A stretch of 64,000 nucleotides of DNA, taken from contig JAANOX010000149.1 of the NCBI GenBank assembly GCA_020184695.1, forward strand, positions 186,001 to 250,000, in the 5' to 3' direction. Below, one piece after another: positions 31,342-42,800 of the stretch (within the stretch, counting starts at the first letter, position 1; every line of letters begins with the position of its first letter). Under the pieces are notes generated by a model, which made no database searches, was not told where the DNA came from, and saw only the letters and a list, made by a program, of their open reading frames with translations. The position numbers and the translations under genes are program-made. Origin of the DNA: Histomonas meleagridis 2922-C6/04-290x (lineage: Eukaryota > Protista > Parabasalia).

Positions 31342-32983
31342 TTATATCAGATACTCAAATTCGTTATCATCACGTGGAACAACAGGATTCTCTTCGAGTA
31401 AACCAGGAATTGACCATGCAGATTCAAGCGCTTCTTTGGTAATTGAATTCCATGCAATGAGTAGACATTTTAATGCTACAGACCACCTATTTTTCGCACA
31501 TTCATTATTTCTTTTCCCGAGATCTTTTCTTAACCTTGATTTTACGATCCCAAATATTCGCCTATCGAGGGGTTGATATTTTCCTGTTCCATTTGCTGGA
31601 ACTTGGATAATAGTGATTCCCAAATCCCGAGCAATTGGAGTACGTTTCCTGTGATATGTGCTCTAAATGAATCTAGAACAAGAACACAAGGATGAATTTC
31701 ATGGAGAGAGTAAAGATATCTCTTCATAACATCTTCATCAGTCCATCCATAATCAGAACGCCAAACATAGTGTTCAATGATGTTATTTTCTTTGAGCTTA
31801 AACTTCTTAGTACATTTCTCTGTCTTGCCTTTTGCATATATTATTGGTGGATATAGCTTGTTTCTCGTACATGTCATGATAGCAGTGAAATTTTCTTTTG
31901 AATTTAGATTCGTATCAACATGAACTGAATCAGAACCAACAACTCCAATGATCTTGTCAGGATAATATGCAATCCTAACTGATGTATCATCCATGTTGAA
32001 TACATTATCTGAACCATATTGTTCTATTGCATCACTAAGCGTCTTCAAAAAATGATCAACTTCTTCTACCTTTAATTGTCCTCTCCGAGAAACATGTGGT
32101 TTCCTCAAGGAGAAATTGTTTCTTTTCATAAATTCTTCTACAAAGTGCCTTGATGCAATAAAATTTGGCATATCTACCTCTTCCGATAAGAGTTGTGGCT
32201 CATTATTAGCGAGATCAAAAGTATAATTATATAAATCCAAAAATTCATTGGTTTTATGTCCATCATTGTTATACATTTGAATTCCATCTCTTATAGCTAT
32301 AAGTTCAGCAGCCCTTTTTGTCATTACATGTGGATCATAATAGCAATCGTGTAGAATTTTTTGACATTATCTAATTGAAATACCCTCACCATTTTCGATT
32401 TTTTTTTTTGTATTTTTTTTGAGATTACTTCTTCTTGGTGCTTTTAAAAAGGCACGCCTGAATTCATGCGACACCATTATATCTGTTCTTTCTGACAATT
32501 TTGGTACTAAATTCTTTCTAAAGAGAATACATTGTATTTGTTATAACATTGATAACCAACTCTGTATGGAACTCGAATAAAAAATATGCCCCATGATCCA
32601 TCATCACTCAAACTTTTATCCCCAATAGCTTTGTTAATTAATTTTATAAATAATTTTTCTTCTTCTGGTGTCCATTTGCCATATTTAATTGATTGTCCTG
32701 GTCCTTTATGGCGATAATAATAACAATTCATATTTATATTATGTATGTCTTCATTTTGTATCCAGAAATCAATCGGCTCTTGGACCAGTTTTGCGGTAGC
32801 ATATAGATAGGCATTCTTTATATCTTTAATTTCAAAATGCTTAAATACTGGTGAATGCCATTCTAGCCGATTTTTTATTGTTTCCCAAATGGCTTTCGAA
32901 TCTTCCTGCTTTTTTTTGCATATTATTCGAATTTGTTCTTCGGTCAGAAACATAATTTCCAAGTAAACTTTTTCTAATATCAC
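31342..32983 (-). mobile_element. pogo/DDE_1-type transposase pseudogene preceded by a Myb-like domain
   Basis: FIASRHFVEEFMKRNNFSLRK, VFNMDDTS, SDYGWTDE, LVLDSFRAH, frameshift, then VPANGTGKYQPLDRRIFG. Upstream ORF has GKWTPEEEKLF...WGIF...RVGYQCYNKY (Myb). Confidence 0.82.
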
Positions 32984-33119
32984 AAATTTAAATTTATATT
33001 TGAATCAAAAATACGAAAATATGAAATTAAATAAATTTAATATTTATTATTCAAATTACGCATAAAATTTTCCTGAATTTGTTTATTGAAAAAAGAAATT
33101 CATTTTTTGGCTTTTATTG

Positions 33120-34025
33120 ATTCATTTTTCTTCTTCTTCTTTCTTTCCCATCTTTTTCTGTCTTTTCCTTTTTGTTTCCTTCTTTATTTTTCCATCTTGT
33201 CCTTCTTGTTTCCTTCTTTCTTTTCCTTCTTCTCTCTTTGCCATCTTTTCCTTATTGTTTTCTTCTTCTTTCTTCTTCTTTCTTCTTCCATCTTTTCCTT
33301 CTTGTTTTCTTTTTCTTCTTCCGTCTTTTTGTTCTTGTTTTCTCATTTTTTTTCTTCTCTCTTTCCCATCTTTCCCATCTTTTCCTTATTGTTTCCTTCT
33401 TCTTCTTTCTTCTTCCTTCTTTTCCTTCTTGTTTTCTTCTTTTCTTTTGTTTTTCTTTTTCTTCTATCTTTCCCATCTTTTCCTTCTTGTTTTCTTCTTT
33501 TTTTTCTTCATCTTCATGTTTTTCTTTTTCTTCTGCCATCTTTCCCTTATTTTCCTTGCTTTTTCTTCTCGCTTTTTCTTCTTCCTTTTTTCTTCTCTCT
33601 TTTCCTTCGTTTTCTTCTTCTTCCATCTTTCCCTTCTTTTTTTCTTCTCTCTTTTCCTTCTTTTTTCTTCTCTCTTTTCCTTCTTTTTCTTCTTCTTCCA
33701 TCTTTCCCTTCTTTTTTTCTTCTCTCTTTTCCTTCGTTTTCTTCTTCTTCCACCTTTCCCTTCTTGTTTTCTTCTTTTTTCTTCATCTTCCCGCTTTTCC
33801 TTTTCTTTTACCGTCTTTTCCCTCTTTTCCTTCTGGTTTTCCTATTTTCTTCTTCCGTCTTTCCCGTCTTCCCTTCTTGTTTTCTTCTCTCTTTTCCTTC
33901 TTCTTCTGTCTTTCCCATCTTTTCCTTCTTGTTTTCTTCTTTCTTTTTCTTCATCTTTCGACTTTTCCTTCTTCTTTTGCTTCTTCGTCTTCTTCCTTTT
34001 TCTTCTTCTTCTTGATCATCTTTTT
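33120..34025. repeat. ~900-bp pyrimidine(+)/purine(-) minisatellite, ~50-bp unit
   Basis: Almost only T/C on the + strand; unit like CTTTTCCTTCGTTTTCTTCTTCTTCCATCTTTCCCTTCTTTTTTTCTTCTCT (52 nt, length variable). Confidence 0.9.
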
Positions 34026-34026
34026 T

Positions 34027-34097
34027 ATTCATTTATTGAAGATGCTCACGGTGCTGCAGTCACCCACGGGTTCCGCTCGGAACTTCAATAAATGAAT
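34027..34097. repeat. 15-bp perfect inverted repeat enclosing a GC-rich 41-nt core
   Basis: ATTCATTTATTGAAG (34027-41) / CTTCAATAAATGAAT (34083-97); internal mini-hairpin TTCCG-CT-CGGAA. Confidence 0.75.
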
Positions 34098-35044
34098 GTG
34101 AAATTCAAAATTCTTCTGGCAAATTGACTACAAGATTGTCAATTTGTCAATAAAATTTTGACATTGAACTTTATTTAATTCTAATCGGAGCAAAATGACA
34201 AAAAAATTCTCAAAACCTAAAATATTTTTTTCATTCAAAAAAGAAAGGGATCAAAACGTCACCATTTTCCATTGAAAATTGAATGGCTATTCAAATTGCG
34301 CAAACTTGGAATTCTTAAGATTTTTCGAGGCATTTCATTGTTATATATACAACAATATTTAAAGGTATTTTGAAACCGTAGAAAATAGGGCTACCTGATC
34401 TTAGGGCTCACTTTTGAAAGTGCCTTATCGTATCGGTTTATTGCAGCAGGTACCTGCTTTTTCATATCACAATTTCCTGTTTTATTTTTTGACTCAAAAT
34501 AATCAATCATATAAGTATTTTTTAATATTTGTCAACAAAATGATTTTTTATTCCATTATACTTTTTTGCATTTTCTGAGCAAGTTGCCATACGTATTTCT
34601 TTTCAAGAATTGATCTGAGCAAACTAAATCCACGTTCTATGCATCCAAAAGATGGATAAGGTACCCAAATAACATATAGCTTTATTTTATGAAGAAAATA
34701 TGTCTTGTTGTGTCAAGGCTCAGTTAAAAAGTTCATGGCGGTTAACCCATTTTATCACGTACTTGCTCAAAGACGTTCGAAAAAATTGTTACCCAATACA
34801 TTTTTCATCTTTATTTTTAGAGGCATAAGTTATTTTTAAGAATTTTTTATTTATTAAACAAAAAACTTTTGAATCAAAACATTACCTTCTAAACATCAAT
34901 GAATTTGTGTGAAAATGTATTTTTTAATTTTCATTGAGGCTGATTTTTTGGAAATTGATAACGGAAAAATAAATGTGATCATTTTCCTCTTAAAAAGGCG
35001 GTTTCTACGGGAACAGGGCTGGCTGTCTCAAAAGGAAAAAATAA

Positions 35045-38000
35045 ATGTCAGCAAATATTCCAACTCATATCCCTAGGAAGAGTCGGGGAAAACACAGATT
35101 TAATTCCTCTGATGATGAAATTTTTGATTACTCTTTTGATGATACAACTGATTCGAGCGAAAGAGAAGATTCAACAGGTTCAAATGAGGGCAATCAAAAG
35201 GAAAGCGCAAGCCAAAAGTTATTTATGTTTGAAAAACAAGCATTGATGGATTTTGAAAATCATTTTTATGTTGAAAAGGTTATTGGTGTCAAAGAAGAAA
35301 CATCTGAGTCAGATGATCCTCAATATTATGTTAAGTGGCTTGGGAAAAGTTACATTCATTGTTCATGGGTACCACGAAGTGAATTAGTCAACTTGGAGAA
35401 CGGTGAAGCCTCTCTCAAGAAATTTCTCAAAAAATCCAACAACGGCACTCTTAATAACTCGCTTTCCATTCCCTCACTCGTCACATTTAATGATGAAATA
35501 AATGCCAATTGGTTTCAAGTTGATCGCATCATTGAACAATCCGAGGACCGATACCTTACCAAATGGAACACTATGCCATATGATCAATGCACTTGGGAAC
35601 TTGAAAGTGACATTCCAGATAAGTCAGCTATTGATTCCTTTCATCAGCGCCAACAACATTTCAACCCGACCAAAATTGGTTCTAATCCACGACATGTTAA
35701 TCCCCAAAGTTTTGTTCCAATCGAAAGTACAATTTCTGATAAGAACGGAAACACATTACGAGATTATCAAGTCAATGGGTTTAACTGGCTACGATATTGT
35801 TGGTATAATTCATGTAACTCCATCCTCGCCGATGAAATGGGATTAGGGAAAACCGTCCAAGTTGTATCGGCTTTAACTGACATTTCACGTAACCACGGAA
35901 TTAACGGTCCCTTTTTAGTTATTGCTCCATTATCCACTTTACCACATTGGAAGAAAGAATTTGAGTCCTGGTCTACACTTAATTGTGTTATATTTCATGG
36001 GTCACCAACTTCCAAAGAAATCATCAAACGATATGAGATTAATGTTTATGATGCCAATGGAAATGTTGATCCAACGCGAGTTAGATTTGATGTATTAATA
36101 ACGAATTATGAAACATTAATGAGTGATTATGAAGTCTTTAATTGTATTGAATGGAGATATTTAGTCTTAGATGAAGGACATCGATTAAAGAATCATAATG
36201 GGAAATGTTATCGAATGTTAGAACAGATCAAATTTGAACATTGTACATTATTAACAGGTACACCTATACAAAATAATGTCGAAGAGTTATGGTCATTATT
36301 ACATTTTTTACATCCGAATATCTTTAATAACTTACCAATGTTTTTAGAGAAGTTTGGGAAAATGGATAATGAAAAGTTACATCAATTACAAGATTTAATC
36401 AAAAAGTTTTTATTACGAAGAAAGAAATCAGATGTCGATAAAACTATTGCAGCTAAAGAAGAAACTATAATTGAAGTCGAATTAACACGAACACAAAAGA
36501 CTTATTATCGAGCATTTTTACATGAAAATGCATCAACATTATTACAACAAATTACAGGTGGTGCATTACCATCATTATTAAACTTAATGATGCAATTAAG
36601 GAAAGTATGTAATCATCCATTTTTATTAAAAGGAGCGGAAGAACATATTGAAGAAGAAACAGCCAAAAAGATGAACAAACCGATTAATGATTATGAAGTT
36701 CTATTACATTCTATAGTTGATTCAAGTGGTAAATTAATATTAATACATAAATTATTACCAAAGTTAAGAGAAGGTAATCATAAAGTATTAATATTTTCAC
36801 AAATGGTAAAAGTATTAGATATATTAGAAGATTATCTTGATTTAATTGGTTATAAACATGAAAGAATTGATGGATCAGTACCAGAGAATGAACGACAATT
36901 AGCAATAGATCGATTTGCTAATGATCCAGATGCATTTATCTTTTTGTTATGTACCAAAGCAGGTGGTATGGGTATTAATTTAACTGCTGCTGATACTGTA
37001 ATCATTTATGATAGTGATTGGAACCCTCAAAATGATTTACAAGCTGAATCAAGATGTCATCGAATTGGTCAAAAATCAAAAGTTAAAGTTTATCGTTTAG
37101 TTACTAGAGGTACATATGAATTAGAAATGTTAGATAGGGCGTCAAAGAAATTAGGTTTAGATCATGCATTACTTGATGGAGGAGATATTAGTTCAAGTCA
37201 AAAGCCTTTAGCTGCGCAAGAAGTTGAGAAATTACTTCGAAGAGGTGTATATGATTTAGCTAATGAAGATGAAACAGAAATAGATAACTTTTGTTCAGAA
37301 GATATCGATCAAATATTAGAAAGAAGATCAAAATCTTTGATACATAATGAGATTACTGGTGATTCGATATTTAATAAGGCAACTTTTAATGCTGAAAATG
37401 ATGAATTAGATTTAAACGCAAAAGATTTTTGGTCAAAAGCTTTACCACAATTACGTTTTTCTTCAGAAGAATTATTACCTGAAAGAAGATGTAAACAACA
37501 AAAAATGAAATTCTCAGATTATTCTGATGATGAAATTATCGAAAAGAAACATAAAAGGAAAATTAGTACATATAATCAACCAACTCCACGAGCTATATAT
37601 CTAAAGTTAATGCATCATGGATATAGTGGTAATAACTTTGAGAAAATGTTCATTTTAAAGATAGTACAAAAAGAAAATTTAACTCCTGAACAAGAGGCAT
37701 TAATATTAAAAATATTAAATGTCGATTCATTAGATTTTACAAGTGAAGAAATAGAAAACGCTGAAAAGAAGTTGTCTTCACCAATGAGTGAATTTAATGA
37801 AAAATGTGATACTTTAATTAATCGAATTATATTCTTTTATAACTTAAAACCTGTTTTAGGTTATATACAAAATGATTTATATGGTTGGCCAATGGGGACT
37901 TCTTTGGATCCTATGATCGATTATGCAATTTTATATGGTATTAACTTAAATGGAATTGGAAAAATTTCAAAAGTTTTACAAAATATTGAACTTGATAGAA

Positions 38001-39442
38001 TGCCTAGAAATCTTTCGGATAAAGCTGTGGCGAAAATTGCATATTCTTTAGTGGAATCTTTTCAAAATGAATTGTTGGATTTCGATACAAAAACATTACC
38101 AACAACTTTCATGAGACCGAAAGAATGGAAAGAAAAACATTTAAATTTGTTTAATAGAATGACAATGACAAACGATGAATTTATGTCACTTTTTAATACA
38201 TTAACGTATTTGGGGTATCCTAAAATATGTAAAAGACCAAGTCTTTTTATAGAACAACAATTTAAAATAGTTGAAGATGTTGATCAAGGTGATGAAAATA
38301 ATGGTCAAACTGATGGAGAAAATGTTGAACAACAGAAACCTATTATTGAAAATCAACAACCTAATAATGATGAACAAGAACAAGAAGAAAATCCAGAAGA
38401 AGAAGAAACTGATTTCCAAAAGATTCAAGAACTTTCTGGTTTGACTTGTATAGAATATAATACATTTAAAGATAATTGTGAATTATTATATTCATTTTAT
38501 AAGAAAACTTTATCACAAAAAGAAGAAGATTCAGTGGTTGATCGCTTAGGCTCTTATGGTAACAAAGTTTGGATATCAAGATTTAGAAGAAACAATAGTG
38601 ATTTAGAACGAATCCGATTTTTCGTTAACCACACAACACCAGACGAAGTTGAAATACTGAAAAGTATTCGAGTTTGGGATATAGGACCTAAGTGGTGGGG
38701 ACCAAATTATGACGCTGCATTACTTGTAGCTATTAATGATTATGGGATCCTGTTAACATCTGTTTGGTTATTTGATCCTGATCGACCATTTAGACAACGT
38801 ATTCCAGAAAATTTAATTGATGATTTCCAAAAAGCAGTTGAAGCAGAAAATGAAAGACTCCATTCACAAAAGCCCAAGAACCCTGGTGACTTTATGTTTA
38901 TTTATAATGAAAAAGCTAGGATATCAAGGGCATTAATGTTGATGCAATTTGTTCAAACTAAATTACATAAGCAACTTAAGTTCATGCTAGATAATGATTC
39001 AAGTCAAAGTCAAGGTGAGATTGAAATCTCTGAATTACCTGCTACACCATTATATTTCGGTAATAGTTTTTATATCCAAGACTTTGGTACTTTCATATCT
39101 AAATCTTCTCAATATCCTGTTGGTTATATTTGTAGAAGATTATACTTTTCCATTAAAGATCCTTCTGAGAAGTCTTGGTATGAAGCATCAACAGCCATTA
39201 ACGATAAGGGTAAATTTACCTTTATCGTCAAACACCTGTCAGAACCGAAAGTGGAATTTGTGAGCTTTACATCATCGGGCGTATGGGAACAATTAATTCA
39301 AGAAGTTCAAGCAGTAAGAGGTAAATTGGGACTTCCAAAAAGAAAGCATACAACAGTGTCAGGGCCTTCAATGTATGGTTTCTCTAATCCAAAGGTTGTG
39401 GAAATATTTAGATATATGAAGGCAAATTGCGAAGATGATTAA
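35045..39442 (+). CDS. CHD-family chromatin remodeller (double chromodomain, SNF2 ATPase, C-terminal FYR domain)
   Basis: YYVKWLGKSYIHCSW, second chromodomain, DEMGLGKT, DEGH, QLRKVCNHP, QAESRCHRIGQ; C-terminal YPVGY...VWEQL...SGPSMYGFS (FYRN/FYRC-like). Confidence 0.92.
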   Translation: MSANIPTHIPRKSRGKHRFNSSDDEIFDYSFDDTTDSSEREDSTGSNEGNQKESASQKLFMFEKQALMDFENHFYVEKVIGVKEETSESDDPQYYVKWLGKSYIHCSWVPRSELVNLENGEASLKKFLKKSNNGTLNNSLSIPSLVTFNDEINANWFQVDRIIEQSEDRYLTKWNTMPYDQCTWELESDIPDKSAIDSFHQRQQHFNPTKIGSNPRHVNPQSFVPIESTISDKNGNTLRDYQVNGFNWLRYCWYNSCNSILADEMGLGKTVQVVSALTDISRNHGINGPFLVIAPLSTLPHWKKEFESWSTLNCVIFHGSPTSKEIIKRYEINVYDANGNVDPTRVRFDVLITNYETLMSDYEVFNCIEWRYLVLDEGHRLKNHNGKCYRMLEQIKFEHCTLLTGTPIQNNVEELWSLLHFLHPNIFNNLPMFLEKFGKMDNEKLHQLQDLIKKFLLRRKKSDVDKTIAAKEETIIEVELTRTQKTYYRAFLHENASTLLQQITGGALPSLLNLMMQLRKVCNHPFLLKGAEEHIEEETAKKMNKPINDYEVLLHSIVDSSGKLILIHKLLPKLREGNHKVLIFSQMVKVLDILEDYLDLIGYKHERIDGSVPENERQLAIDRFANDPDAFIFLLCTKAGGMGINLTAADTVIIYDSDWNPQNDLQAESRCHRIGQKSKVKVYRLVTRGTYELEMLDRASKKLGLDHALLDGGDISSSQKPLAAQEVEKLLRRGVYDLANEDETEIDNFCSEDIDQILERRSKSLIHNEITGDSIFNKATFNAENDELDLNAKDFWSKALPQLRFSSEELLPERRCKQQKMKFSDYSDDEIIEKKHKRKISTYNQPTPRAIYLKLMHHGYSGNNFEKMFILKIVQKENLTPEQEALILKILNVDSLDFTSEEIENAEKKLSSPMSEFNEKCDTLINRIIFFYNLKPVLGYIQNDLYGWPMGTSLDPMIDYAILYGINLNGIGKISKVLQNIELDRMPRNLSDKAVAKIAYSLVESFQNELLDFDTKTLPTTFMRPKEWKEKHLNLFNRMTMTNDEFMSLFNTLTYLGYPKICKRPSLFIEQQFKIVEDVDQGDENNGQTDGENVEQQKPIIENQQPNNDEQEQEENPEEEETDFQKIQELSGLTCIEYNTFKDNCELLYSFYKKTLSQKEEDSVVDRLGSYGNKVWISRFRRNNSDLERIRFFVNHTTPDEVEILKSIRVWDIGPKWWGPNYDAALLVAINDYGILLTSVWLFDPDRPFRQRIPENLIDDFQKAVEAENERLHSQKPKNPGDFMFIYNEKARISRALMLMQFVQTKLHKQLKFMLDNDSSQSQGEIEISELPATPLYFGNSFYIQDFGTFISKSSQYPVGYICRRLYFSIKDPSEKSWYEASTAINDKGKFTFIVKHLSEPKVEFVSFTSSGVWEQLIQEVQAVRGKLGLPKRKHTTVSGPSMYGFSNPKVVEIFRYMKANCEDD

Positions 39443-39814
39443 TCATATATTTTATTATGAATCAAATATATATAAATTTGTAAAATAAATAATTCAAAAC
39501 TTTTATTTTATTTTATTTAATATGATATTTTAGAAAGGTAAATTGGGACAACCGATAGATAAATTCAAAAATCAGGAAACTGTTATTCCACAGAAAAAAA
39601 TCATCGTCTTTTGTTAATGTTTGAAGATATTTTTAAACTGCATTAATTAAAATAAAGAAAATTATACTCTCATCTAAATATATGCAGGATTTAATTTCAT
39701 TGGATTTTTATTGCAATATTTACGAAACATCATTTAATCTTTTAATTATTTTCAAGAATTAATGCATAATGTTTGTTAAGATGTGTTTATATAAAGCATG
39801 CAAACAATCGCCAT

Positions 39815-42800
39815 TCAAATGAGCGGCAAGTTCATTTCGCTGGCACCACTTTCGCTTGACAGCATCATATCATCTTTTCTTTTTCTCGAAAATAATCTTT
39901 TCAAGCACGCGCATCTTTTCTCTTTTCTTTCTCTCTTATGTCTTAACATGAGTGCGTCGAAGTCAATATCATTAAAACTATTATTTATTACATTTGTTTT
40001 AATGTTATAAGGCACAGAAGGCCATTCCTTAACAAATGCCGCCTCGAGTAAACCTTTAAGTTTTGCGCAGCTCAAGTTAAATTGCGGGTTTTCCGTTTCC
40101 GCCGAAAGATAATTTTTAATTTCAGTGATTGTAATTTCGATGGTTTCATTTGCGTCTTTATTCTTCTTAAATACTTCAATAGATTCTTGAATAACAGTTT
40201 CGAATATCGCAGTAATACGTTTTGCAACGCTATAAATGTTATCGAACCATTCCTTAACAAATGATCCGACAATACCTAAAACACCTGAACCAGCTATAGC
40301 AGTTGCAAGTGTAATAATCATTTCGACTGCTGTCGATAGTTCACAACTTTCGGCAAGAATTGAACTACTTTCTTGAACGAAACCAAAACCAGTCGAATCA
40401 TAACATCGATTATCATCAGTTGTATTCCCTTTACAAGTTGGTGGAACATTTGATAAACATTTTATTTTTAAGTTACCGAATGCTTTATCACCAATTGTTA
40501 TAGTTTCACTTTTAGCAGATGTTTTATCGAAATATATTTTAGTAAATCCTTTACATTGTAAAAATGCATTTCTTCCAATATATGAAATGTTTTTAGGGAA
40601 TTCTAAAACTTGCGTAAAACCTGTGCAATAAGCAAATGCTGAATTACCAATATATACTAATGATTGTGGTAACACTAATTTATTTTCCAAGCCTTTACAT
40701 TCGAAAAATGCAAAATTCCCAATGGAAACTAATGTGTTTGGTAAGTTTAATGTACCTTTTAATGAAGTACAACTAAAGAATGCATTATTTCCTATTTCTT
40801 TAAGGACTTTTGTGGTGATTTCAAGTTGTCCATTAAATCCATTACATTCAGAAAACGCATAAGCGCCAATATATTCAACATTACTACCGATAATTAATGA
40901 GCCTGTAAATGATGAACATAATGCAAATGCATATTGATTAATAATAATAACATTATCTGGTATAATTAATGGACCTGCAAAATCACATTTCGTAAATGCA
41001 TATGCGCCAATTTCTTTAAGTGAATCAGGTAATGATAATGTACCACATAATGATGTACATCCTAAAAATGCATATGATGAAATAATTTCTAACTTATTAC
41101 TATTCGAAAAATCTAAAATCCCATTTAGCCCAGTACAACCTGCAAATGCATTAGAGCCAATTGATATAAGTTCTGATGGCATAAATAATGAACCTGTCAT
41201 TTTACTACAACCTGAAAATGATTCATTTCCAATGGTTATAAGTCGTTCTGGTAATCGCGATGTTATTTCAAATGTATCCATCTTCCAAAATGCTTCATCT
41301 TCGATAATTAATTTATTTCCTTTTAATTCTGGATCAAGAAATTCTAATGAATTAAATTCAGGACATTTTTCAATAAAATGAGAACTGATTTTTGTTACAG
41401 TTGAACTAATTCGAATATATTTTAATGATGTTGATCCTTTAATAGAATATGAAGGTATAATTGGTGACGTAAATGTAAAACTTTGATCACATGATTCTAA
41501 AAATGAATGTGATTCCATTGATAAAACATTCGTGCATTCAAACTCTAATAAAGGACATTTATAAAATGCATATGATTGAATATTAATGATATACGAATTT
41601 TTATCATTTGTTATAGAATTAAGTGATGGACAATTATTAAATGAATATCCTTTAAAAGTGATATTTGAATTATAGAAATTGACAATTTTTAATGAATTAA
41701 AATCTACAAATGAATCTTCAAATGTATAAATTCCATCATTAAAAATAACTTCTACAAGTTGTGGTAAATTTCGTAATGATATATAAATTTCTTTATTAAT
41801 TCCATAAAAATCAAATGTTGTTAAATTATTACAATTATATATAAAATTGTTTTCTATTTTTGGCGTTTTAATTATTAATACTTCAAGAGCATTACAATTA
41901 GAAATTGCTTCTGTTTTAACATTACCATTTTCATTTTGATAAATTGTAATTTCTTCTAATGATGAACATTGATAAAATGAATGAAATTCAATTTCTTCAT
42001 TCTCATATATAACAATACTTTTCAAACTTGAACAACCAGAAAATGCTTCACTTTGTATTACTCGCGCATTTATTTTATCGAAATTCATTATAAGGTTTTT
42101 ACATTGATAAAAACATTTTGTACAAAGTGTTACTGAAGAATCTAAATAAAATTCAATATTAGTGATGTTTGTATTTGCAAAACAATATTGGCCAATATAA
42201 GTTAAATTATTTGGGAAATTAATTTCGTTCTTTAAAGAAGTTCCTTCAAATGCATATTCGCCTATAGAAAGTTGATTTGTTTCTTCATATAATAACGTCG
42301 ATTGAAAATAAATCGCTGTAATTTTTGTTCCTTGGAAACAATTATTGCCTATCAAAGAGATTTTAGGAGGGAAATAAATTTCGCCACGTAAACTTGTTCC
42401 AAGAAATGCATCGCTTTCAATTGTTGTTAAATTTGATAAATCATGGAAATCGATTGAAGTTATTTTGGTATTTTGAAAAGCACTTGCGCCAATTACTTCA
42501 AGCGATTCAGGAAATTCTATTTGACCTGAAAGTTGTGTGCTCTCAAATGCATATTGTTGAATGGTTTTAAGTTTCGAATCATATCCAAAATCAATGAAAG
42601 TGAGGGCGGTATTAGAAAAACAATGATCACCAATTTCTATTAATGAAGAAGGAAACGAAATTTCTGTAATTTGTAGAAACTTAAATGCTGTTGATCCGAT
42701 TATTTTTAGCTCCGAATCATAAGGAAATGATACAGAAGTAACGCCTGATGAAAGAAAGCAATAGTCGCCGATCGTTTCTAATGAAGAAGGAAAGACAACA

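Noticed and set aside
33086-34095. Three 300+ aa Phe/Ser/Leu-rich ORFs on the + strand
   Set aside because: An artefact of a T/C-only repeat that cannot form stop codons; all three frames are open.
34445-34458. 14-bp palindrome AGCAGGTACCTGCT
   Set aside because: Short enough to arise by chance in 64 kb; no second copy or associated feature seen.
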